Part shown: positions 48,656 through 57,045 of the stretch, one piece after another
How the letters are laid out: each line of letters opens with the position of its first letter
Numbering within the stretch: position 1 is the stretch's first letter
Assembly (NCBI GenBank): GCA_023418505.1
Contig: JAEZZR010000002.1
Coordinates: 48,585 to 112,584 of the forward strand
From: Actinomycetes bacterium
GTDB taxonomy: Bacteria > Actinomycetota > Actinomycetes > Mycobacteriales > Mycobacteriaceae
Length of the DNA: 64,000 nt
Direction: 5' to 3'
Notes under the pieces: generated by a model
What the model saw: only the letters and a program-made list of their open reading frames with translations
Told to the model about the DNA's origin: nothing
The model's database searches: none
Made by a program: the position numbers and the translations under genes

Positions 48656-51388
48656 ATGCCTCCCGGCGCAATGAATCTCCCTAGCCCCAGCCCACGCAAC
48701 ACTGAAGGCACTCACGCTACCGACGCAGGTTCTCTGCGCAAGCCAGCGCGAGTGCCTTATCTGAAGGTGCCGATTACCTGGCTCATCATCTTGGTATTGG
48801 CCGGGTTAACTCACCCCTTCTTGCCCGAAAATCGCTGGCTGATGATCCACATCTTCACCCTTGGTGTGTTGGTGAATTCGATCATCATTTGGTCGGCACA
48901 AATTACGGAGCAGATTTATCATCAGCGCCCTGTCCCACAGGTAGTTCGCCAACGCGGGATCATCCTTGCAGTTCTCAACCTTGGCATTATTGCAGTTATC
49001 GCAGGGCAATTGCTCTCACCGGATTTGGGATGGGACTCCCCTCTCATGGCCACCGGCGCGATACTTATCGCCGCGATGGTGCTAGTGCACTTATGGCAAC
49101 TGTGGCGACTCCGTCGTGAAGCACCTATCCAATCACGCGCACGTTTCGATCCCACACTGTGGCTCTTTAGTGCCGGCCAGCTGCTACTCGTCCTAGATTT
49201 GGTCGATACAGCGTTGGTGCAGTTCGGCTCGGACGGGGCACAAGTGGGTGTCAAGGCAACAGAGTTTGCCACGCTTAGCCATCTGATTACCAATATTTTT
49301 GGCTTCATTGGCCTTACTGCAGCCGGTGCGCTGGCGCTGCTATTTCCGACTATTTGGCGCACGCGGGGCGACTTCTGCAAAGACCGGATGGTGGCTGTCA
49401 TCCTCATCGCGGGTATCAGCATCGCGACGTTGGTGGTGCACCTCGGCTCACTGCTCCCCGCCCGCCTGGCGTTCACGCTTACTGCAATTGCGCTACTGAT
49501 TTATGCCGGCGGCTGGTTGCTTCGCTTTGCCACGTGGATTCCGCTTATCCGGAAAGTTAGTGCCGATCCGCGCGATCGGGTTTCCTTTGCCGCACTTTCG
49601 ATCACGGCCGCGCGGGCATGGTTGTTCTTTACAGTGCTCACCGTCGCCGGCACTCTTTTCCGCGGCGAGCACCCCACCTTGCCCGCGGTCGCACTTCTGG
49701 TGGGCTTTGCAGCGCAACTGCTGATCGGCACGATGTCCTTCCTGCTACCCAACATGATGGGTGGACCGGCGCATGCGGTGCGGGCTGGACTCTATCGCCT
49801 CGACGCAGCGGGACTCTATCGCTTCACACTGGTCAATGGTGGACTGGCACTGTGGCTACTACCAGCTAGTTCCTCATGGTTGAAGGTTGTTGCCTCATTG
49901 TTGTGCGTGGCGTCGTTGGCAGCATTTCTGCCTTTGCTGCTTAGTGCGCGTCGCCTGCAGCGAAAGGCACTCGCCGAACAGCAGACGCACGCAAGCGCCA
50001 AATCCCACTCACGCACCGAACTTCGCACTCACTCTCGTACCGGCCAGATCACTGCTGGTGTTGCCACGTTGGCGCTGGTACTGGGGCTCTTCACCTTGGC
50101 AGATTCGACTCCGAACGCCGCTTCCACTGCCTCTCAGAGCACTACCGAAGCTACTGGCACCACAGAGGTCACCGTCACCGCCGAGGACATGCACTTCACC
50201 CCCGATCACATCGAGGTCCCTTCCGGCCATCGCTTGCTGCTCACCGTGGTCAATGCGGATCCGCAGCAGGATCATGATTTGCGCCTGGCCAACGGGATGG
50301 AAACCGGTCGCATGAGCCCCGGCGACGAAATTGTGCTCGATGCAGGCGTGATCACCGCTCCCTTGGAGGGCTGGTGCACGATCGCCGGCCACCGCATTCA
50401 AGGCATGACCTTACAGATCACTACTGATGGCACTAGTGCTAACGACGACGCGTCAACCACCACAGACCACTCATCTTCGGCGCATTCGAATCATGCAAAC
50501 CATGCTGCTTCCAGTGGCTCTTTGGCCAACCCGGAAACTTTGGATCCAGAGTTGGTGCTTGATCCGTCGTTAGCGCCTGCTCCGCCGCAGCAAGTACACG
50601 AACTTGCCATCGACATCACCGAAACTACGTTCGACATCGACGGCATGACCCGCGGCCGCTGGACTTTCAACGGCGGCCTCATGGGGCCAACCATCCGAGG
50701 CAAAGTCGGCGATATTTTCGAAGTCACGGTAAGCAACCACGGTTCGATGAATCATTCCATCGACTTCCACGCGGGCATGGTCTCTCCGGATGAAGTGATG
50801 CGCAATATCCCGCCTGGGGATAGTTTGGTGTATCGCTTCCGCGCCGAACATGCCGGCGCATGGTTATACCACTGTGGCACGGCTCCAATGTCGATGCATG
50901 TCGCTGCTGGGATGTACGGTGCTGTGATTATTGATCCGCCTAATCTGGCGCCGGTGGATCACGAATATATTCTGGTGCAATCAGAGGTCTACGGCCTCAC
51001 CGGCACCAGCGACCACCCGGTGGAAGAAACCGCGCTGCAGGCCGGCACTCCAGATGCCACGGTGTTCAATGGTTTGGAATTCGGCTACCTAGCGCAACCT
51101 CTAACGATCAAGGCCGGTGAAACTGCACGCTTCTGGATCGTTAATGCAGGCCCTAACATCGCTACGGCCTTCCATATCGTGGGCACCCAGTTCCACACGG
51201 TTTACAAGGAAGGTGCATATCTGCTGAAAGACGCAGCTGGCGGCGGAGGCTCCCAAGCGCTCGATCTATTGGCCGCCCAAGGCGGCTTCGTCGAGGCGCG
51301 CTTCCCCGAGGCTGGCACCTACACTTTCGTCAATCACCAGTTCATTGATGCCGAGCGTGGCGCCAAGGGGCAGGTCATCGTCGAATAG
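48656..51388 (+). CDS. Fusion protein: polytopic membrane domain + cupredoxin domain + copper-containing nitrite reductase (NirK-type, two cupredoxin folds)
   Basis: 910 aa. About 12 TM segments in the first 460 aa. Cupredoxin with C-x4-H-x4-M (WCTIAGHRIQGM). NirK motifs HSIDFH, YHCGTAPMSMHVAAGM, FHIVGTQFH and VNHQF. Confidence 0.8.
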   Translation: MPPGAMNLPSPSPRNTEGTHATDAGSLRKPARVPYLKVPITWLIILVLAGLTHPFLPENRWLMIHIFTLGVLVNSIIIWSAQITEQIYHQRPVPQVVRQRGIILAVLNLGIIAVIAGQLLSPDLGWDSPLMATGAILIAAMVLVHLWQLWRLRREAPIQSRARFDPTLWLFSAGQLLLVLDLVDTALVQFGSDGAQVGVKATEFATLSHLITNIFGFIGLTAAGALALLFPTIWRTRGDFCKDRMVAVILIAGISIATLVVHLGSLLPARLAFTLTAIALLIYAGGWLLRFATWIPLIRKVSADPRDRVSFAALSITAARAWLFFTVLTVAGTLFRGEHPTLPAVALLVGFAAQLLIGTMSFLLPNMMGGPAHAVRAGLYRLDAAGLYRFTLVNGGLALWLLPASSSWLKVVASLLCVASLAAFLPLLLSARRLQRKALAEQQTHASAKSHSRTELRTHSRTGQITAGVATLALVLGLFTLADSTPNAASTASQSTTEATGTTEVTVTAEDMHFTPDHIEVPSGHRLLLTVVNADPQQDHDLRLANGMETGRMSPGDEIVLDAGVITAPLEGWCTIAGHRIQGMTLQITTDGTSANDDASTTTDHSSSAHSNHANHAASSGSLANPETLDPELVLDPSLAPAPPQQVHELAIDITETTFDIDGMTRGRWTFNGGLMGPTIRGKVGDIFEVTVSNHGSMNHSIDFHAGMVSPDEVMRNIPPGDSLVYRFRAEHAGAWLYHCGTAPMSMHVAAGMYGAVIIDPPNLAPVDHEYILVQSEVYGLTGTSDHPVEETALQAGTPDATVFNGLEFGYLAQPLTIKAGETARFWIVNAGPNIATAFHIVGTQFHTVYKEGAYLLKDAAGGGGSQALDLLAAQGGFVEARFPEAGTYTFVNHQFIDAERGAKGQVIVE

Positions 51389-51394
51389 CTACCC

Positions 51395-52456
51395 CTAACG
51401 CTTGCCGTGCGACGGAGGATCGCTAGGTACGTGAGCTGGACGACGACTTTCGAACCCTTCGCGCAACCGCGGGACAACCTCGGTACCCAGGATCTCAATC
51501 TGATCCAGCACGATGTCCAGCGGCAAGCCCGCATGATCGATCAAGAATAGTTGTCGCTGGTAGTCACCTACGGCGTCGGCATAGGTGAGGTAGCGATCCA
51601 CCACCTGATCCACGGTTCCTACGGTTAGTGGCGTGGCCTTTTCGAATTCCTCCAACGAAGGGCCGTGGCCGTACACCGGAGCATTATCGAAGTACGGTCG
51701 GAAAATCCGCTTCGCCTCCTTTTCCGTATCGGCGATAAAGACGTGACCACCTAACCCCACAATGGCCTGATCCGCTGCACCATGGCCGTGGCGCTCAAAC
51801 TGCTGCCGATAGCGCTGCACCATCTGCTGGGTGTGCTCGATATTCCAGAAAATGTGGTTATGGAAGAAGCCGTCACCGTAGAACGCGGCTTGGTCGGCGA
51901 TCTCTGGGGAGCGAATCGAACCATGCCACACGAACGGCGGCGCATCATTAAACGGTCGCGGGGTAGAAGTAAATTCACGCAATGGAGTGCGGAATTGCCC
52001 TTCCCAATTCACCGCCTCTTCGCGCCACAATCGATGCAATAGCTCGTAATTTTCTAGCGCCAGCGGAATGCCCTGGCGCAGATCCTTGCCAAACCACGGA
52101 TAGACCGTCGGCGTATTGCCGCGCCCGAACATCAAATCCATCTTGCCCTCGGTGAGTTGCTGCAGCATCGCGTAATCTTCAGCGATTTTCACCGGATCGT
52201 TAGTGGTGATCAAGGTGGTTGCCGTGGAATAGGTCAACTTTGGATATTTCGCAGCTAAGTAGGCTAACGACGTCGTTGGGCTCGACGAGAAGAACGGCTT
52301 GTTGTGGTGCTCGCCGATGGCGAAAACATCGAGGCCAACTTCTTCTGCCTTTTTCGCCATTGCATCCCAGGCTTGGATGCGCTGGTGTTCAATAGGAGTA
52401 ACACCGGTGGTGGGATCGGTGGTGATGTCGCTGACGCTGAAGATGCCGAATTGCAT
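51395..52456 (-). CDS. LLM-class (luciferase-like) flavin-dependent oxidoreductase
   Basis: Start trimmed to MQFGIFSV (ATG 52456). IGEHHNKPFFSSS and the TIM-barrel LLM pattern. Confidence 0.88.
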   Translation of the reverse strand: MQFGIFSVSDITTDPTTGVTPIEHQRIQAWDAMAKKAEEVGLDVFAIGEHHNKPFFSSSPTTSLAYLAAKYPKLTYSTATTLITTNDPVKIAEDYAMLQQLTEGKMDLMFGRGNTPTVYPWFGKDLRQGIPLALENYELLHRLWREEAVNWEGQFRTPLREFTSTPRPFNDAPPFVWHGSIRSPEIADQAAFYGDGFFHNHIFWNIEHTQQMVQRYRQQFERHGHGAADQAIVGLGGHVFIADTEKEAKRIFRPYFDNAPVYGHGPSLEEFEKATPLTVGTVDQVVDRYLTYADAVGDYQRQLFLIDHAGLPLDIVLDQIEILGTEVVPRLREGFESRRPAHVPSDPPSHGKR

Positions 52457-52711
52457 GGCACTAAGTCCTTTCAAAATTACTGTTCTATGACATGTCAACA
52501 ATATTAGCGTGGCATTATTCCCCGTCGCCGAGAGCCACTCTCCCACCACCAGTAGAGGCGTAAAATCCTGGTAGAGAACGTGGTAGCGGGAACTTCTTTT
52601 ACAGCTGCTGCGTTAAAACTGCTACCATCCACGTTTGCTTTTGCTCTGCACTTGGCAATCCGTAAATAGCTAACTAGATTAGGTAACTCATTTATTGAAA
52701 GGAAGACTGCA

Positions 52712-53377
52712 GTGACCACCACCGCTGTTCGCTCTATCGCTGCGCGCACTGCGCTGGCTCTTGCGATTGGTGCTAGTCATTGGGCAATTGTTGGTTGCGA
52801 CGGCGATAGCCAGCCCACCACACCAACATCGGCCATTTCCGATTCGGTTCAGTCTTCACCAGCATCCGAGAACACCGATGCTCAGGACAACGCAGATAGT
52901 TCTGCTGATTCCGAGACCAATTCCGACGAGCGTAAAAACGACGCCTCTGGTACAGATCAGGATGCATCTCTAGCTAACGACGGAAATACTGCCTCAAGCG
53001 ATGAGCCTGCGAATAGTTCAGCGAACAATGCTGAGTCCGGCGCTTCGCTTGGCGCGAGTGATGCTGGCGCTGCTGGCGCTGGGCAAGGTGGCTCAGGCAG
53101 ACAAAGTGGCCAAGCAGGATCCAATAATCCGGCTGGTTCTCAACCGGGCGATGCACCAGCTACAGAACCGGCGCCCGGCGCTAACAACCCTGCTGATCCA
53201 GCAGCCAATGACGGCGACAGCATGGCTTCCAGCAATCAGTCACCAAAAATCGGTCGCCCCTGCCCTGGCCAAGTGGGTCAAACCAAAACCGGTATGAATG
53301 GCCAACAACTGATTTGTAGCGATAACGGCAATGGTGCCACGTGGACTGTGGATGCCTCTGCCACCGAATGGCAATAA
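52712..53377 (+). CDS. Hypothetical lipoprotein, low-complexity (S/A/N/D/G-rich) with a Cys-containing C-terminal module
   Basis: 221 aa, GTG start after AAGGAAG. Lipobox IVGC. No family recognised. Confidence 0.55.
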   Translation: MTTTAVRSIAARTALALAIGASHWAIVGCDGDSQPTTPTSAISDSVQSSPASENTDAQDNADSSADSETNSDERKNDASGTDQDASLANDGNTASSDEPANSSANNAESGASLGASDAGAAGAGQGGSGRQSGQAGSNNPAGSQPGDAPATEPAPGANNPADPAANDGDSMASSNQSPKIGRPCPGQVGQTKTGMNGQQLICSDNGNGATWTVDASATEWQ

Positions 53378-53408
53378 AAAACGCGCACCTTTCGGTGCGC
53401 GTTTCTTA
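53376..53408. terminator. Bidirectional intrinsic terminator between convergent genes
   Basis: AAAAA-ACGCGCACC-TTTC-GGTGCGCGT-TTCTT. Perfect 9-bp GC-rich stem flanked by an A-tract and a T-tract. Confidence 0.8.
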
Positions 53409-53443
53409 ACAGCTACTTTCCTAACCTTTTCTACTTCCCTACC

Positions 53444-54604
53444 CTACTTCCGACGTGGTCTGCGGTAGAACGGCGTTGGTGCCACAGTAGCGGTCTGCTT
53501 TTCGCCATCAATATCCACGGTCAGTTCGGTGCCCACTGAACCCAACCAACGATCAATGTAGGCAAAAGCCAGTGGCTGCCCAAGCGTTGGCGATACCTTC
53601 GAAGACGTAATCGAACCAACCACGTTGCCCTCGGAATCAAAGACTTCAGCGCCAGTTTCAGCATCCTTGGAACCGCTTAGCTTCAAGCCCACCAGCTGCT
53701 GCTTCGGCTGCGGACGGTTCACTAGCGCATTGCGGCCAATGAAGTGTCCCTTGCTTGGCCCCATCACAGACTGGTTGCCTACCTCGAGTGGCGTGCGCTC
53801 CCGAGATAGTTCGTAGCCATACAGTGGCATACCTGCTTCCAAGCGCAAAGTATCCCGGCATGCCAAGCCACAAGGCAGACCATTAAATTCCTTGGCACCA
53901 TCAAGCAAAGCGCGCCAAGTTTGGGCTGCAACCTCGGACTTCGGGAAGAGCTCGAAACCATCTTCGCCGGTGTAGCCGGTGCGAGCGACGATCATCTCAG
54001 AGCCAGCAACTTCCAAAATCGTGCAGGAGAAGTACGGCAATTTACCCAACACTTCTTGAGAATCTTCTGCCACTACCTTGCGCATCAGATCCAGCGACTT
54101 CGGACCTTGGACGGCAATTAGAGCCCGGGTTTGTGAGCGATCATCGATCTCAACGTCGTAACCGCCCTGACGCTCCTGCAAGGTAGCCAGCACGGCATCG
54201 AAATTGCCGGCGTTTTGTACCAGCATGAAGTCATTGATTCCCAGGCGGTAGACGATCAAATCGTCAATGATGCCACCATCTTCTTGCACGATCATCGTGT
54301 ACTTGGCTTTGCCCAAGGCAATCGGCTTAATCGCCGAGATCAACGTATGAGCCAAAAATGATGGAGCTTCCGGGCCGGTGACTCGGATCTGTCCCATCAA
54401 GGACAGATCAAAGATACCCACCTTATTGCGCACTGCGTGGTGTTCTTCTACAGCATCTGAATAAAACTTTGGCACCACATAGCCGCCTACGTTGCGCATC
54501 TCTGCGCCTAAAGCCACATGCTCGTCGTAAAGCGCACTCTTGCGACCCTCTTCGAGGTTTTCTTGCGGGGTTTTCGTCTGCGAAGCAATATCAGCATCAG
54601 ACAT
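53444..54604 (-). CDS. gcvT: Glycine cleavage system aminomethyltransferase
   Basis: 386 aa. SALYDEHVALGA, GIFDLSLMGQIRVTG and ARTGYTGEDGFE motifs. Confidence 0.95.
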   Translation of the reverse strand: MSDADIASQTKTPQENLEEGRKSALYDEHVALGAEMRNVGGYVVPKFYSDAVEEHHAVRNKVGIFDLSLMGQIRVTGPEAPSFLAHTLISAIKPIALGKAKYTMIVQEDGGIIDDLIVYRLGINDFMLVQNAGNFDAVLATLQERQGGYDVEIDDRSQTRALIAVQGPKSLDLMRKVVAEDSQEVLGKLPYFSCTILEVAGSEMIVARTGYTGEDGFELFPKSEVAAQTWRALLDGAKEFNGLPCGLACRDTLRLEAGMPLYGYELSRERTPLEVGNQSVMGPSKGHFIGRNALVNRPQPKQQLVGLKLSGSKDAETGAEVFDSEGNVVGSITSSKVSPTLGQPLAFAYIDRWLGSVGTELTVDIDGEKQTATVAPTPFYRRPRRK

Positions 54605-54640
54605 GGGTGATTACAAATCCTTCGTTGTTCATGGGTGACA

Positions 54641-54676
54641 TAAAAATCGACGGTTACCTTTTAGCTTAGGTAACCG
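54641..54676 (-). terminator. Rho-independent terminator after the acetate/monocarboxylate symporter gene
   Basis: Minus strand: CGGTTACCT-AAGCTAAA-AGGTAACCG (perfect 9-bp stem) followed by TCGATTTTT. Confidence 0.7.
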
Positions 54677-54745
54677 CCGTGCTAATCGTCATGTTGGCAG
54701 CTACAGCTGGCCAAGATTATTCAGATCGCATGTTCCAGTGGGTTT

Positions 54746-56398
54746 TTAGTGGTCTACTGCCGCTTCCGTTCCCACGCCGGTGAGCGAGCGAACTTCCATC
54801 TCTGCAGCAAGATCCTCGAAGTTATCTGGCTTGCCCATGTAAGTACCGATGATTCCGGCCAAGAAGGCCAACGGAATACCTACCAGACCTGGGGAGGTCA
54901 ATGGGAAGATCGCGAAGTCCACGCCGGAGATCATCGACGAAGGCGAACCCGATACTGCCGGGGAGAAGGCGATCAAAAGCAGCGAGGCAATCACACCGGT
55001 GTACATCGAGGCCACCGCGCCCGTGGTGTTGAAGCGACGCCAGAACAACGACATCAAAATGGTTGGCACATTTGCCGATGCTGCCACCGCGAATGCCAGG
55101 GAGACCAAGAACGCCACGTTCTGACCCATCGCCAGGATGCCCAAGATAATGGAAACCACGCCCAGCACCACCACGGTGATACGGGAGACACGCACCTGCT
55201 CTGCCTCGGTAGCCTGCCCGCGACGGATCACAGCCTGGTAGAGATCCTGCCCCACGGAAGCCGAAGCGGTAATGGCTAGACCTGCCACCACGGCCAGCAC
55301 TGTTGCGAAGGCGACTGCCGAAATGATGGCCATCGAAATCGAGCCGCCGAGCTCGAAGGCCAGCAGCGGTGCGGCAGCGTTCGCGCCACCAGGAGCCGCC
55401 ATAATCTTGTCTGGCCCAACCAGTGCCGCAGCAGCGTAGCCCAGCACCAGGGTAAGCAAGTAGAAGCCACCGATCAGAACAATTGCCCAGGTTACAGAGC
55501 GGCGTGCTTCCAATGCAGTTGGCACGGTGTAGAAGCGCATCAGCACGTGTGGCAAACCAGCCACACCCAGCAGCAGCGAAAGGCCAAGGGAGATAAAGTC
55601 CAGCTTGCTGGTCAGGGTCTCACCGTACTTCAGACCTGGTTCCAGGATGGCAGCAGCTTCGTAGCCGTTTTCTGCTGCGTACTGCGAGGATGCGTGCATA
55701 TCCACTGCGTTTTGCAGCAGCTGCGAGAAGTTGCCACGCACACCGATGAAGATCACGATGGTCATGATCACCACGGCGCCTACCAGCAACACAGCCTTAA
55801 TCATCTGCACGTAGGTGGTGCCCTTCATGCCACCGATCAGCACGTAAGCCACCATGATCAGACCCACCACGGCCACCACAATCGCTTGACCCGAGGTGCT
55901 GTGAATATTCAGCAGCACCGACACCAGCGAGCCCGCACCAGCCATCTGGGCGATCAAGTAGAACAGGGTTACAGCCAAGGTAGAAATTGCCGCTGCAGTA
56001 CGCACTGGGCGCTGCTGCAGACGGAAGGACAGCACGTCGGCCATCGTGAACTTACCGACGTTACGCAGTGGTTCTGCCACCAGCAGCAACGCGATCAGCC
56101 AGGCGACGAAGAAGCCCATTGCGTAGAGGAAGCCGTCGTAGCCATTCAAAGCAATAGCGCCGACGATGCCCAGGAAGGATGCGGCCGAAAGGTAGTCACC
56201 TGCGATAGCTAGACCATTTTGACGGCCCGAGAACTGTGCGCCACCGGTGTAGAAATCCGAGGCGCCCTTGTTGCCACCTTTGCCGGCGCGGGTCACGATG
56301 ATCATCGTGCCCACAATGAAGGCCACGAAGACCGCGATGTTCAGGATCGGGTTGCCGGTAGCAGGTGCGTCGGCAGCGAGAAGAAGTGAGTTATTCAT
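54746..56398 (-). CDS. actP: Solute:sodium symporter family cation/acetate (monocarboxylate) symporter, ActP/MctC-like
   Basis: 550 aa, about 13-14 TM segments. FYTGGAQFSGRQNGLAIAGDYLSAASFLG is typical of ActP. Preceded by a DUF485 gene, as in actP-yjcH and mctB-mctC. Confidence 0.92.
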   Translation of the reverse strand: MNNSLLLAADAPATGNPILNIAVFVAFIVGTMIIVTRAGKGGNKGASDFYTGGAQFSGRQNGLAIAGDYLSAASFLGIVGAIALNGYDGFLYAMGFFVAWLIALLLVAEPLRNVGKFTMADVLSFRLQQRPVRTAAAISTLAVTLFYLIAQMAGAGSLVSVLLNIHSTSGQAIVVAVVGLIMVAYVLIGGMKGTTYVQMIKAVLLVGAVVIMTIVIFIGVRGNFSQLLQNAVDMHASSQYAAENGYEAAAILEPGLKYGETLTSKLDFISLGLSLLLGVAGLPHVLMRFYTVPTALEARRSVTWAIVLIGGFYLLTLVLGYAAAALVGPDKIMAAPGGANAAAPLLAFELGGSISMAIISAVAFATVLAVVAGLAITASASVGQDLYQAVIRRGQATEAEQVRVSRITVVVLGVVSIILGILAMGQNVAFLVSLAFAVAASANVPTILMSLFWRRFNTTGAVASMYTGVIASLLLIAFSPAVSGSPSSMISGVDFAIFPLTSPGLVGIPLAFLAGIIGTYMGKPDNFEDLAAEMEVRSLTGVGTEAAVDH

Positions 56399-56407
56399 TG
56401 CTATGTC

Positions 56408-56788
56408 CTACTTTCCGCTCGCGTTACCGTTGTTGCCCGCAGCTAGTTGCTCTGCGATTTGGCCAGTTTCCATCTCTTCGCGAATCTTGGCCTGCATTGG
56501 CTCTAACTTGTTATTCGCAAAGCTGATGTACAACCACGTGATTAAGAAGGTGGTTGCGAATTGCGCCAGCCCTAACACCATGCCCAGGTTCACGAGGCCA
56601 ACTACTTGCTTCGCCATAACATCTGGCATGAACATCGCAGCGGTTACGTATGCCACGAACCACACCAGGCCGGCGATCGTCATTGGAAACGTAAAGGAAC
56701 GAAAAGTGGTGCGCAGTTGTTGAAACTCTTCTGTCTGCCGCACATAGCGGTATTCCGCCGCACCAGGCTTATGCCGGTTTACCGGCAT
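56408..56788 (-). CDS. DUF485 (YjcH/MctB-like) small membrane protein
   Basis: FQQLRTTFRSFTFPMT plus two TM segments. Start is ambiguous: ATG 56788 or TTG 56827. Confidence 0.8.
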   Translation of the reverse strand: MPVNRHKPGAAEYRYVRQTEEFQQLRTTFRSFTFPMTIAGLVWFVAYVTAAMFMPDVMAKQVVGLVNLGMVLGLAQFATTFLITWLYISFANNKLEPMQAKIREEMETGQIAEQLAAGNNGNASGK

Positions 56789-56879
56789 TTGATGTGAGGT
56801 CACGATGGTGGCCTTTCCATTTCTCAACGTGGATCACAGGTTGCAGCCCCCGGCATGCGGTACCGGCAGCCCTCACCCA

Positions 56880-56895
56880 TGTGTCACACATCACA
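56880..56895. promoter_or_regulatory. Candidate CRP/GlxR-type site TGTGT-N6-TCACA upstream of the DUF485/symporter operon
   Basis: TGTGTCACACATCACA differs from TGTGA-N6-TCACA at one position. It overlaps a 13-bp palindrome ATGTGTCACACAT (56879-56891). Confidence 0.35.
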
Positions 56896-57045
56896 GGTTT
56901 TATGTGTGCACCTAAAGTTACCTGCAACACATAGAAAAACGAAACCAATTGGCCATTAAAACTTCTTAAACTAGCAACAACCCCTTATAAAACGCAGGTG
57001 AGCTGCTATTTTAAGAAATTCACAGGTTACCCCCGGCAGAATCAC

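Noticed and set aside
47918-53377. Prophage or integrative element at tRNA-Arg
   Set aside because: There is no integrase, excisionase or phage gene, no duplicated tRNA 3' end, and no obvious compositional shift. I kept it only as a low-interest note.
54605-54745. Glycine riboswitch upstream of gcvT
   Set aside because: The region is short. Most of it is taken up by the symporter terminator, and it lacks the conserved tandem GGAGAG...ACCGAAGGGGCAA-type aptamer cores as I remember them.
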